DNA of 60,503 bases. Source: a virus. Taxonomy: Duplodnaviria > Caudoviricetes. The notes under the pieces were generated by a model that was given only the letters and a program-made list of their open reading frames with translations, did not search any database and was not told where the DNA came from. Shown piece after piece: positions 15,705 to 25,417 of this stretch; position 1 is the stretch's first letter, and each line of letters opens with the position of its first letter. The stretch spans positions 1 through 60,503 of the IMG/VR virus record IMGVR_UViG_3300051212_001597. The stretch is one strand, 5' to 3'. The translations under genes and the position numbers were made by a program.

Positions 15705-16215
15705 AAGCTACGAAGAATGCATTTCTGATTTAGAATCAAGGAAAAATCTCAATATATCTTCAGAGTATATCCTTTCATTTTCGCCGCTTCTAATCGCTGG
15801 CAAAATTAAATGCTACGTAATGTATAACGAGAAAGAAGAAATTTGCGATTCTTTATGTACAAAATGCTTAAGTCGCACTGGACTCTCTCCGATATATAAT
15901 GGAAAATATGTCTATCCTCTTTGCAGGCTGTGTATGCTTGACCTAGAGCATTTAGATAACTCAGACAAAAGGAACGTAAAAATGACGAAGAACAAGAAGA
16001 ACAACGTGTCAGAGACAACAATTGACTGGACCGATTTTGAAAAGTCAGTCAATGAGCGAACCGCAAAGCTAGTAAAGCTTGCTGAAAAGTACAACCTTTA
16101 TCCAGCAGATATGAAGCAAGCAATCATCGATAAGTATGGAAAGGAAATCGCCTTCAAGAAGGGTCGTAACGGCGGTATTTTCTGGTCTGTATCAATGGTA
16201 ACAACAAATGTTTGA
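15670..16215 (+). CDS. CxxC-containing hypothetical protein; probable internal start at 15982
   Basis: CTKC...CRLC; SD-like AAGGA before ATG 15982 (MTKNKK...FKKGRNGG). Confidence 0.5.
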   Translation: MGQLSLSRFKYRSYEECISDLESRKNLNISSEYILSFSPLLIAGKIKCYVMYNEKEEICDSLCTKCLSRTGLSPIYNGKYVYPLCRLCMLDLEHLDNSDKRNVKMTKNKKNNVSETTIDWTDFEKSVNERTAKLVKLAEKYNLYPADMKQAIIDKYGKEIAFKKGRNGGIFWSVSMVTTNV

Positions 16216-16843
16216 TTGGAACAAATCAAAAGTAATAGCTGTAGTTGGTCACACAGGAAGCGGAAAAACCGCTTCCTGTTATAACATTATGGATTCAATG
16301 AAAGGCAGGTCGAAGTACATAGTAGACCATCCGTTTCCAGAGGCTCTAACTGGCACTGGTATAGAGAATATTCCAAACGTTAATTTTGAGGACGTTTGCG
16401 ACAGCGCCGTTTGGATTGACGAGCCTCAATTGATCTTCCCTAAAGGAGAAAAGAAAAGCAACGATGCTCTTATGATGATGTGCTCTTTGGCTCGTCAGCG
16501 CGATGTAACTCTAATGTTTTCAACAAGCGACACAAGATGGATAAACAGGGGCATGGAGTCTTATGTTGACACATGGCTTATCAAGAACCTAGACTTTAAT
16601 CTAGTTAAGCAGGGAAGCATAACACAAAAAATCATCAAGCAAAAATACTATAACATCATGCCTAGCTCGTTCAGGCTTGAGAATTCAGAAGGTATTCTTT
16701 ACAGTCCTAGTCAGCTAGAGCGACCAGTCAAGGTAAACATACCACTACCAAAGTATTGGTCGGAAAAACTAAGCAAGCCATATAAGTTTTCAACGCAAAA
16801 GATAAGTGAGGTGTTTGGAAATGTTTGTGAAAATAGTATCTAA
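16208..16843 (+). CDS. P-loop ATPase
   Basis: Walker A GHTGSGKT, Walker B VWIDE, ARQR. Confidence 0.8.
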   Translation: MFDWNKSKVIAVVGHTGSGKTASCYNIMDSMKGRSKYIVDHPFPEALTGTGIENIPNVNFEDVCDSAVWIDEPQLIFPKGEKKSNDALMMMCSLARQRDVTLMFSTSDTRWINRGMESYVDTWLIKNLDFNLVKQGSITQKIIKQKYYNIMPSSFRLENSEGILYSPSQLERPVKVNIPLPKYWSEKLSKPYKFSTQKISEVFGNVCENSI

Positions 16844-17054
16844 GATAAATCACGACGGCAACCATTATTATGTAACTGTTGTTTCTCCAGAGAGCAAAAT
16901 TCAACAGATCGCAACATCGGACCACCCCCTGATCGAGGGGATGACCTACAGGGCTAATCCAAAAATGCATTGGGTTAGCTATAGGGATTACGAGCCAGAG
17001 CTAGCGCATTTTAGAATATACGGAAGACAAATTCCAATGGAGCAAACCGCTTGA
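16806..17054 (+). CDS. Hypothetical protein
   Basis: Operonic ORF; likely start ATG 16821. Confidence 0.5.
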   Translation: MRCLEMFVKIVSKINHDGNHYYVTVVSPESKIQQIATSDHPLIEGMTYRANPKMHWVSYRDYEPELAHFRIYGRQIPMEQTA

Positions 17055-17356
17055 TAAAGCTAAGTATAGAAATCAACGAGTCTGAAAATTGCGTGGAAGT
17101 AACTCTTCCAGAAAAAGAGCCGTCTATTGACGCGATAATAAAAACCGTTATGATATGTCAATTTGATCATAAGGCGACAGATTCGCTTAATTCTCAGATT
17201 AAAAAAACATATGGTGAAGAGTACCACTCTAAGGTTATAAACTCAATGTCAGAAATAGTTAATAGTTTCCGAGAGCTTGTTCAAAACTCTCTAGCTCTAG
17301 ACCCTGAGGCGCCAGCAACGCCTGTTGTTTTTCTTTCACCAAGGATGCAAAAATGA
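17051..17356 (+). CDS. Hypothetical protein
   Basis: Operonic ORF with overlapping start and stop codons. Confidence 0.5.
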   Translation: MIKLSIEINESENCVEVTLPEKEPSIDAIIKTVMICQFDHKATDSLNSQIKKTYGEEYHSKVINSMSEIVNSFRELVQNSLALDPEAPATPVVFLSPRMQK

Positions 17357-17781
17357 AAAAGGTAGACTGGACAAAAGAGCCTGAGATACGTTGGGAAAAG
17401 AAAATATGCCCAGTTTGCAGGGAGCCTACTGGCGAGTCTAGCATGTGCTACAACATGTTAGATAGATCTGGAGATATTCTTGGCGGCCCAGACGAAATAG
17501 ACGCAAAAACTATAGAGGTAAACGGTGAGATATTTCCTTTGTTTTCACAACAGTGCTATTATAGAACAAATAATGACTACTGGGTTTTTTTCAATTATCC
17601 GGTTTCTGTAGCTTTAGCAAATGTTATTGCCGAAACCGAAGGTGTAGAATCGGTAATTATAAGATCACCGTATAAAATAACCGTAACAATCGGTGAACAA
17701 TTTGATGATACCCAAGTCAGATCTTCAATCAATAAAAAATATCGTGAGTTCATAAATGGGATTAGAAAGCAAAAAATTTGA
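17353..17781 (+). CDS. Hypothetical protein (CxxC N-terminus)
   Basis: CPVC; C-terminal EGVESV...ITVTIG weakly resembles the Nfu N-terminal domain. Confidence 0.55.
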   Translation: MKKVDWTKEPEIRWEKKICPVCREPTGESSMCYNMLDRSGDILGGPDEIDAKTIEVNGEIFPLFSQQCYYRTNNDYWVFFNYPVSVALANVIAETEGVESVIIRSPYKITVTIGEQFDDTQVRSSINKKYREFINGIRKQKI

Positions 17782-18457
17782 TGTGCTAGACAACGGATTT
17801 GTTAGATACATAGACCATATGGGTTCTGATCTAACTGTTGTTAACTCCGCTAGAGTTTCTTTCAGCAAAGAAAGTTCTTGGGAGAAGTCGGAAAATAATG
17901 CGACAGGATTGTGTCTTTCTGAAAAAGACAAAAAGCTAGTTAAATATCTAGCAGATCACAAGCACTGGACGCCATTTGCGCATCCGCAGATTTCTCTTCA
18001 TTTTAAGGCGCCCATATTCATAAGAACTCAACTTTTTAAGCATAAAGTTGGATTTGTTGAAAATGAAATATCAAGAAGGTATGTAAAAGAAAAACCCGAA
18101 TTTTATGTTCCTTTTTGGAGATCTGCGCCTACAAATGGGGCTAAACAAGGAAGTTCTGCCCCAATGAAGTATACAGAACATATAACTGGTTACTATCAAA
18201 ATATTTGTGATGATGCTGTCGATCTATACCTTCATCTGATGGAAGAAGGCGTTGCTCCTGAGCAGGCTAGATCGGTTTTGCCTCAGGGTACTTATACTGA
18301 ATGGTATTGGACTGGAAGTCTAGCTGGCTATTCAAGAGTGTACAAACAAAGGGTTGATAGTGGCGCGCAATGGGAGGCTAGAATTTACGCCGAGACTATA
18401 GGAAAAATATTAAAAGAACTATTTCCAGTTAGTTGGGAGGCTTTAGTTGCCGACTGA
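17756..18457 (+). CDS. thyX: Flavin-dependent thymidylate synthase
   Basis: MGSDLTVVNSARVSF, HWTPFAH, NEISRRY, APEQARSVLP, AQWE. Confidence 0.95.
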   Translation: MGLESKKFDVLDNGFVRYIDHMGSDLTVVNSARVSFSKESSWEKSENNATGLCLSEKDKKLVKYLADHKHWTPFAHPQISLHFKAPIFIRTQLFKHKVGFVENEISRRYVKEKPEFYVPFWRSAPTNGAKQGSSAPMKYTEHITGYYQNICDDAVDLYLHLMEEGVAPEQARSVLPQGTYTEWYWTGSLAGYSRVYKQRVDSGAQWEARIYAETIGKILKELFPVSWEALVAD

Positions 18458-19100
18458 TATAAGAGATAGGATAATATGCACTGCTTTTTCAGCAATCGCT
18501 TCTGAGAAAGAAATAAGATCATCTATGGCTGTAGCCTCAGAACAAGACCTTAGGGGTTGTGTTTTGGACTTGTCATCAATAGTCCGCATGAAAAATGAAG
18601 CCTCTGAGCATAAAAACATATTTTTAGCAATAAATTTTCCTTTTTCTGGCGGAGACGAAGGATCTTGCCTGGAGCTAATTAAAAAAAGTTCTGAGTTTCC
18701 ATTTGTTAAAAATATCTACGTATCTCTAGATAAATTTATTATACAGAAGCCAAACATAGGCGAGTTGAGGTCTTTTATACAAAAGACTTCAGTACTATAC
18801 AAGCATGAAATAAACTATTGTTTAGAGTACTGTTGGCTAAAAAATAAAGAAACTGTAGATAAAGTTTGCTCTATATTAGAACCCTACGAAAGACACGGTC
18901 TAGTTATATCAACTTATTCAAAAAAACCAGACAAGCTTTCAGAAATAACCGCTATAGGCAAACATTTAAACTCTAACGGTTCTTGTAAATATTCTTATTT
19001 TGGCGCTATGCCATCAAAAAAAGAAGGCGTCGTAGAGATACTGAGTAGTGGATTTGCCTATTGCGCAATGCCAAGACAGTTTTTAGGACCACTGATTTAA
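18447..19100 (+). CDS. Degenerate DeoC/aldolase-like TIM-barrel protein
   Basis: ASEKEI...GCV...AINFPFSG resembles the DeoC N-terminal half; catalytic lysine motifs not seen. Confidence 0.4.
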   Translation: MPTDIRDRIICTAFSAIASEKEIRSSMAVASEQDLRGCVLDLSSIVRMKNEASEHKNIFLAINFPFSGGDEGSCLELIKKSSEFPFVKNIYVSLDKFIIQKPNIGELRSFIQKTSVLYKHEINYCLEYCWLKNKETVDKVCSILEPYERHGLVISTYSKKPDKLSEITAIGKHLNSNGSCKYSYFGAMPSKKEGVVEILSSGFAYCAMPRQFLGPLI

Positions 19101-19115
19101 GTATCACTTTTATTT

Positions 19116-19122
19116 GTGTATT
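19116..19122 (+). promoter_or_regulatory. GTGTAT(A/T) putative phage promoter motif
   Basis: Intergenic GTGTATT, followed by SD GAGG and ATG 19139. Confidence 0.5.
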
Positions 19123-19138
19123 TAATTCAGAGGTAAAA

Positions 19139-19639
19139 ATGGCAACTACTGGAACAAACAACAACACACCCGCAGTCGTAAGAAGAGTTGGCGCTTCAAG
19201 CAATAAAAATACTATGACGTTTACTAGCGTGGCTCAAGGTCAGCTAGAAACTCCCGATGCTAGCGCAAACAAAACTACAGATAGCGTTATATCTAAAATT
19301 GATTACGCGCTTGGCGGATTAAGACAGGCGTCAAAACTTGGCGGAAAAAGAGACTTTACATTTATAACAACTGAAAAGGATTACAACCTTACAGGAACAG
19401 GAGCCACAAAAGTTCTTGATCAGTATGGTAGAGTTCTTGTTATAAACGGTGCAAATATTGAGGTTGAAAAAACCGCTGCTGGTCAGCCAAAGTTTTCGGC
19501 TACATCAACAACTTTCTCCGCAGACCTTGCGCCTGGAACAAAGTCTTACGAAGACAACAATGGCCTTGTGTACTATACAAAAATGACTGCTGGAAGCTCG
19601 GTAACAACACTAACAGTTGGAGATCAGCTAGCTAGCTGA
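19139..19639 (+). CDS. Putative virion structural protein (Thr/Gly-rich)
   Basis: MATTG start after the SD; beta-rich composition. Confidence 0.6.
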   Translation: MATTGTNNNTPAVVRRVGASSNKNTMTFTSVAQGQLETPDASANKTTDSVISKIDYALGGLRQASKLGGKRDFTFITTEKDYNLTGTGATKVLDQYGRVLVINGANIEVEKTAAGQPKFSATSTTFSADLAPGTKSYEDNNGLVYYTKMTAGSSVTTLTVGDQLAS

Positions 19640-19647
19640 TAAATAAA

Positions 19648-20262
19648 ATGTCCGTATCTGGAACACAATCAACAACTTATTCATTTCAAAAAGGCGGCGG
19701 CTCAATGGCGGTTTCTAGCGCTGTGTCGCTAGGCAACGATATTGTTTCTAACGAGGCAAATCCGCAAAACCTTTCTCTCGGTCAAAACGTGCCTAGAATA
19801 CCAAAACTAGTAACCCCAGTTACTGGAACACAAGAGGTGTTTGATGTAAGACCAACAATGTTTGAAGATGACAACGAGGTATACTCGTTTTCATTTGCTG
19901 CGGCAGCAAATTGCGTAGATACACATGTAATGGTAGCGAATTACCAATACATAGTAGACTCGGTTAAAGCTAAATTCGTAACAGCTTCAACTTCTGGCAC
20001 AATAGACGTTAAAATCTGTGATGACGGAGAAGCTCCCTCGGCAGGAACAAGCGTTCTATCTTCAACTATTTCAATATCTGGAACTGCTGATACGTCTGTT
20101 TCTGGTACACTAACCACAACAGAGGCGGACAGAAAAATATCGAAGGGACAGTCGATAGCCCTTGATTTTGGTGGAACAATCACAAACATAGCAGGATTAG
20201 TGGTCACTTTAGTTCTCAGAAGAGTTATAGCTCCTGGTAGAAATGAAAATTATTTAGAGTAA
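19648..20262 (+). CDS. Putative virion structural or decoration protein
   Basis: Ser/Thr-rich beta-sandwich-like C-terminus (GTSVLSSTI...GQSIALDF...GLVVTL). Confidence 0.6.
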   Translation: MSVSGTQSTTYSFQKGGGSMAVSSAVSLGNDIVSNEANPQNLSLGQNVPRIPKLVTPVTGTQEVFDVRPTMFEDDNEVYSFSFAAAANCVDTHVMVANYQYIVDSVKAKFVTASTSGTIDVKICDDGEAPSAGTSVLSSTISISGTADTSVSGTLTTTEADRKISKGQSIALDFGGTITNIAGLVVTLVLRRVIAPGRNENYLE

Positions 20263-20266
20263 TAAA

Positions 20267-20686
20267 ATGAAAAAAGAAAAACTTTTAGCGTCTCTTAGAA
20301 GAGTAATAAAAGCCGCAGATGAGATTATGTCTCAAATGCCAGAAGACCAATCATACTCAGGGACTATGGTAAGTCAAGATGGCAGTTCTTCGAAAGTCAT
20401 TGTAAAAAAAGCCGACTTTTCAAATGGAAGAATTAACTCATTAGTTCTTCAGGCATGTCCAGACGGCAAATGCCCACCATCAGAGTTCGAAGGTAGATGC
20501 TGCACTTTTGATCCAACTCTTGGTTGGAACTGCCAAGATGGAGTAATGGCTGGAGAGTGTGCTTCTCAAGGTGGAATATTTGAAGCAAATCTAAGTTGCG
20601 CAGATAAACCAGCATGTGGTGGAGGTGGTTTATTAGATAGTACTAATCAACAAACACCCATGCCAACCACAATGACGGAAATGTAA
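20267..20686 (+). CDS. Cys-rich protein with basic leader and GxCC module
   Basis: MKKEKLLASLRRVIKAA; GRCC...C...ECASQGGIF...SC. Confidence 0.7.
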   Translation: MKKEKLLASLRRVIKAADEIMSQMPEDQSYSGTMVSQDGSSSKVIVKKADFSNGRINSLVLQACPDGKCPPSEFEGRCCTFDPTLGWNCQDGVMAGECASQGGIFEANLSCADKPACGGGGLLDSTNQQTPMPTTMTEM

Positions 20687-20687
20687 A

Positions 20688-22139
20688 ATGAAAAAATTAG
20701 ACAGTCTTCTAAAAAGACTTTCAGAGGCGCTCTCTGAGAGAATGGCTGTTGCTGAATCAACAGGAACAACTCCTGGGGACGGAGACAGTCCTAGAGATAA
20801 GTCTAATACATTTGGTGGTTGTATATTTCAAGTTGGTCCAGCTAGAGTTTATATGCCTGCATATTCTGAAGAAGAATGTGCTGGATTTGGTGGTGAATTC
20901 ACATTAAGACAATGCAATGACGATACAGAGTTTTGTTATAGAGGACCACTAAATGAAGACAACAGATCTTCAGGATCTCAAATAGTTAAAGCTCAAGATT
21001 GCGATCTAAGGTTTAACAACCCTCCTCAACCACCATTCACAGATCCTGGCCCAATACCAGGTGGTTGGTACGGCGGTGGCAATACTTGTGGGGATCCTTA
21101 TATAGGTTGGCACCCTGATTGTAAACTCTATTTTGATAACCCAGTTACAAAAAATAGTAAAGCAAAAGGCGTTAACGGTTTTGTTACCTTGCACAGTTGT
21201 GTTGACAAAGACGGTAATCCTGTTAAAATGCCAGAAGGCGAAGTTCCAATACCATTAATACCAGTGGTTATAGACACTAGAACGCTTCCATTATCACCAG
21301 AAGGAAGTAGATACCCGCCTCCTGGTACGCATCTAAAGCCTGGCCCAAGAGGATCCCCTTGGGACGGTGGTATATGGCGAGGATTTAGGCCAGTAGCTAC
21401 TATAGCTAATCCTGAATTTATAAAATATATAAAAGAAAAAGTTCCTCAGTGCAAGCAGTATATTTGCGGCGGTTCACTTAATGGGTCAATAAGATTTGAT
21501 AGATATATACAGAACAGAAGGATGCCTCCTTTTGGTGGCCTTATAGTCAACAGGTGTATTATGTCTAAATTTGGTCTTTGTGACGACGATGCAAAATTTG
21601 AAGATTACTTTGAGAGAACATTTCCAGAAATAATAGCTGGCGGCACAGGCATTAGAGATTGCGAAAAGTCTATATGCTCTCTTTTAGAGAAGTATATATC
21701 TGATATTGAGTCGGGCCAAGATAATATATATAATTGGGATTCTAATTACGGCCCAGAAATATTTGACCCAAGAACCATGTGTCCAATATTAACTGGTTTA
21801 GGAAATTTAAATCCAGCTCAAGAACAAATTAAAAATGCTTGCGCTGGAAGTATGAAGTTCTTGGCTAATTTGTTTAATATTTCTAAACCACAAGCTGGAA
21901 ACCACCCAAGAGGCGGCGGCGCGGTAGACCCTGAAACCTGGAGTAAAGGTTGTTATAACTGTATGATATGGCTAAACCCAATAAATGGTCAATGGCTACC
22001 TGCAGATTTTCCTTGGCCTAAAGGTGATGGTGAACAGCTAGATGCCCTGTATCTTCTAGAAGAACAAGGCTTAGATATCTCTTGGTTTTGCGAGCAGGGA
22101 TGCAATTTTGATGCTCTTTGCGGAATAGAGGTGCCGTGA
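20688..22139 (+). CDS. Cys/Pro/Gly-rich protein with basic leader
   Basis: MKKLDSLLKRLSEA; GGC...EEECAGFGGEF. Confidence 0.7.
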   Translation: MKKLDSLLKRLSEALSERMAVAESTGTTPGDGDSPRDKSNTFGGCIFQVGPARVYMPAYSEEECAGFGGEFTLRQCNDDTEFCYRGPLNEDNRSSGSQIVKAQDCDLRFNNPPQPPFTDPGPIPGGWYGGGNTCGDPYIGWHPDCKLYFDNPVTKNSKAKGVNGFVTLHSCVDKDGNPVKMPEGEVPIPLIPVVIDTRTLPLSPEGSRYPPPGTHLKPGPRGSPWDGGIWRGFRPVATIANPEFIKYIKEKVPQCKQYICGGSLNGSIRFDRYIQNRRMPPFGGLIVNRCIMSKFGLCDDDAKFEDYFERTFPEIIAGGTGIRDCEKSICSLLEKYISDIESGQDNIYNWDSNYGPEIFDPRTMCPILTGLGNLNPAQEQIKNACAGSMKFLANLFNISKPQAGNHPRGGGAVDPETWSKGCYNCMIWLNPINGQWLPADFPWPKGDGEQLDALYLLEEQGLDISWFCEQGCNFDALCGIEVP

Positions 22140-23221
22140 CAAATTTTAAAAATATTATAAATAAAAATATAAATAAATTTGTAATAAAAAATTTGCAAGA
22201 AAACAAAGTAATTGCGCAGTACAATAATGAGACGCTATACGCTTGGGGTAGCGATAAGATTGTTAGAGAATACAAAAAAATTATAAATAATTACTCAAAC
22301 TTTGCAAATGAATTTTTCAGAACAGGTAGCCCAGATCCTTTATTTGAAATTACAACCTCTGGTACGAGTGTAGTTTTTAAGTTTTCTATTCCTGCCAATC
22401 TGCCAAACGCCCCTGTTGGAAAATACTGTAAACATTACTACTCTTTCTCTAGCACTGAATTTTTAAGTACATATAGAGGATTTGATCCTATTGAAATTGA
22501 AGCTCCAGAAAATTCTTTTTACATTATTGCTGGCAGAAAATCAAACAAAATTAAGATAAAAAAACAAGCAGTTTTAGACTCGAATAAAAAAGAAATATAT
22601 ATATCAGCGATTGTGGAGCTAGTTCCTCCAGCCCCATTTATTACTGGAGCGCCTTTTAGTGGATCAAATTATAGACCCCCAATATACATATTGCCTGATA
22701 TGGTTTTTATCACTGGTAGTGATATAAATGCGCAAACATTAGAGGACTACATAAAGCAGCTTAAAGAAAAAATTGACAATTCAAGGCAGCAAATCCTTGA
22801 TCGTCTAACAAAAGAAGACGTCATAGAATCCCTGTCAGAGTTAGAAGATAGCATAAAAAGACAAACCGAAAATATATCAGATAATATAGTAGTCTTACAA
22901 GATTTAGAATACACTTACGCAAAAGTCGCTGAATACATATACAGCAAGGGACTTGCGAGAGATTGGCTTATAGAACTATGGGACAGAACTACTTATGACT
23001 CATGGTGGGTTGGGTTGGGTTTACCCGGAACTGGTTCTGGTATTAACTGTACTAATGGAATAACAGCCTTGGCGGAAGCTGTAATGACCGCACTGAACTC
23101 TGAGATCAGAGATAAACCTTGCAACACTATTACTGACGAATTCCTTTTCAACAGATGGAAAGAACTAGCAGAAGAAATAGTTAGAACTCCAAGATTTATG
23201 GAATGGGAAGACTGCGAATAA
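22136..23221 (+). CDS. Hypothetical protein with coiled-coil segment
   Basis: Probable GTG start overlapping the upstream TGA. Confidence 0.65.
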   Translation: MTNFKNIINKNINKFVIKNLQENKVIAQYNNETLYAWGSDKIVREYKKIINNYSNFANEFFRTGSPDPLFEITTSGTSVVFKFSIPANLPNAPVGKYCKHYYSFSSTEFLSTYRGFDPIEIEAPENSFYIIAGRKSNKIKIKKQAVLDSNKKEIYISAIVELVPPAPFITGAPFSGSNYRPPIYILPDMVFITGSDINAQTLEDYIKQLKEKIDNSRQQILDRLTKEDVIESLSELEDSIKRQTENISDNIVVLQDLEYTYAKVAEYIYSKGLARDWLIELWDRTTYDSWWVGLGLPGTGSGINCTNGITALAEAVMTALNSEIRDKPCNTITDEFLFNRWKELAEEIVRTPRFMEWEDCE

Positions 23222-23233
23222 CTAAAATAGTGT

Positions 23234-24136
23234 GTGAAAAAAGCGGCAATATATACTATAATAAAACCAAATAAGCCCGACAGTCACATGTCGGGCGGTT
23301 TTGCAGCTATAAATACTATAGCAAAATCACTTGAGGACATAGGTTATTTAGTTCAAGTAATAACTCCAGAGGACGAGTTCATTGATTGCAAAAATTTTGA
23401 CTTGTCCGTTTACGCCGATATATTTAATGACCCAGAAGGCTCAAAGTGGTTTGAAAACTATCAGTACTCTAGCTTTTTAGATTGCAAAAACTATTTAGTT
23501 GTTGAGTGCGCGTATACTGGCTGCACACCTAATCCTTACGGTCTTGGCGGCAAGGTTGATGGTGGTTCTTACGAACCAAACAAGATATCTGAATATATGT
23601 CAATGCTAATGAGCGGATCTAAACTTAACATATTCTTAAGTCCGCTTCACAGTCTAGAATTCTCAAAGTTTTTAGGCTTAACACCACCCAACATATATCA
23701 CTTCTTTCAGCCAATAGACACAGAGCTTTTTTACGATAAAAAGCTCCAAAGAGACATACCTTATCTTTTTGTCGGAGCCTTAAATTGGTTCAAAGGTCTT
23801 GGTGACGCTATAACAATGTTTGGGGATAAAGGACTACACATAGTTGGAAGAAATACTGGGGTAATTGAATCGCTTCCAAAATCTATAGTTTATTTGGGCG
23901 AGAAAACCCCAAGCCAACTTTCTGAAGTATACAATAGAACCCAAAAATTTGTTCATATACCAAAATGGCAAGAGCCTTCTGCTAGAACTGTTGTTGAGGC
24001 AGCATTATGCGGCTGCGAACTTATACTAAACGAAAATGTTGGAGTGCTTAGTTTTGGATACGATATTAGAGACCCAAGCCTAGGAAATACGTCTATGTTA
24101 GAGTTAATGAACAAGATCATGGATATAATAAAATGA
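23234..24136 (+). CDS. Glycosyltransferase, GT-B/GT4-like
   Basis: LFVGALNWFKG...EPSARTVVEAALCGC. Confidence 0.85.
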   Translation: MKKAAIYTIIKPNKPDSHMSGGFAAINTIAKSLEDIGYLVQVITPEDEFIDCKNFDLSVYADIFNDPEGSKWFENYQYSSFLDCKNYLVVECAYTGCTPNPYGLGGKVDGGSYEPNKISEYMSMLMSGSKLNIFLSPLHSLEFSKFLGLTPPNIYHFFQPIDTELFYDKKLQRDIPYLFVGALNWFKGLGDAITMFGDKGLHIVGRNTGVIESLPKSIVYLGEKTPSQLSEVYNRTQKFVHIPKWQEPSARTVVEAALCGCELILNENVGVLSFGYDIRDPSLGNTSMLELMNKIMDIIK

Positions 24137-24684
24137 TTGATCATATTTATAATCAAGAAAAATTCGGAGAAGACTGGTTTAACTTTAAAGAGCTGTATAA
24201 ATTTTTTGTTGACTCTCACCACGACGAATCTCATTTTGTTGAGGTTGGAAGCTGGAAAGGTAAGAGCGCAGCTTTTATGGCTGTTGAGATAATAAACTCT
24301 CAAAAAAATATAAAATTTGACTGTGTTGATACTTGGTTTGGCAGTGTTGAGCATAAGGATTATTTATGCGTCAAAAATAAAGAGTTATACGACATATTTA
24401 TATCAAACACAAAAGAGCTTAATCATATAATAAATCCAATAAGACTCCCTTCGATTGAGGCGGCAAAACAATACAAAGATAAATCAATTGACGTTGTATT
24501 CATTGATGCTTGCCATGAATATAAATGTGTCATCGAAGATATAGACGCATGGTTACCAAAAGTAAAAAATGGAGGTATTCTTGCCGGTCACGATATACAT
24601 CATCCTGACGTTTTGAATGCCGTCAAAGAAAAATTACCAGGATTCTATTCAAGAGATGAATGCTGGGTTTTTGAGAAAAAATAA
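24133..24684 (+). CDS. Class I SAM-dependent methyltransferase (Methyltransf_24-like)
   Basis: VEVGSWKGKS, VDTW, VFIDACHEY, GGILAGHD. Confidence 0.9.
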   Translation: MIDHIYNQEKFGEDWFNFKELYKFFVDSHHDESHFVEVGSWKGKSAAFMAVEIINSQKNIKFDCVDTWFGSVEHKDYLCVKNKELYDIFISNTKELNHIINPIRLPSIEAAKQYKDKSIDVVFIDACHEYKCVIEDIDAWLPKVKNGGILAGHDIHHPDVLNAVKEKLPGFYSRDECWVFEKK

Positions 24685-25416
24685 ATGAGAACTAACGAAA
24701 TATCAGCATCTTTTTTTGTCGCGCCCTCTAGACCAGCATACTTCATAGAAGCCGTCAATTCTTTGATGCAAGGATCATTTATTCCTGAGCAAATATCAGC
24801 CTACTTTAATCCAATAAATCCATCAGAAGATTTAAATAAAGCCATAGATCTATGCAGTAGCTTGGGTATTTCAAAATTTGAATTTCAAGAGTTTCAATCT
24901 CTTTCAAAGCTATGGAATCATTCAATTAAAAACTCAAATTCAGAATATCACCTATTATCTAGCGATGATGTTATTTTTGAGCCTTTCGCTATAAAACAAA
25001 TAATAGACGCCCATAAATCTGGAGCTAAAATCGTTAAAGGCGCTGAAGCCTTTTGCAGTGTTAGTCTGTCAAAAAATCTTATAAATTCTATTGGATTGTT
25101 TGATGAAAATTTTGTGTGGTCTTGGGAAGATGCCGACTACAGGCTTAGATTATGTAAATTTGGTGTAATTCCATACGAAATAACCCCATATCCAATAACA
25201 CATCTTAGAATTCAAGCAGATAGAAATGACGAATACTGGGATAGAAGCTCTGATTATTTTTTCAAAAAGTGGAATGTAGCAAAGCTTCTAGTTGATCTAG
25301 GAATCTTAGAGAAAGAAAGAGAGCTTAACGCTGAAGAAAGAAGATCTCTTTTAATGAATGGATTTTTTAATGATGGTTTTTATGAAAACTATAGCAGAGG
25401 ATTGGATCTGAGATAA
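24685..25416 (+). CDS. Glycosyltransferase, GT2-like
   Basis: LSKLWN, SSDDV, GLFDENF..WEDADY. Confidence 0.75.
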   Translation: MRTNEISASFFVAPSRPAYFIEAVNSLMQGSFIPEQISAYFNPINPSEDLNKAIDLCSSLGISKFEFQEFQSLSKLWNHSIKNSNSEYHLLSSDDVIFEPFAIKQIIDAHKSGAKIVKGAEAFCSVSLSKNLINSIGLFDENFVWSWEDADYRLRLCKFGVIPYEITPYPITHLRIQADRNDEYWDRSSDYFFKKWNVAKLLVDLGILEKERELNAEERRSLLMNGFFNDGFYENYSRGLDLR

Positions 25417-25417
25417 T

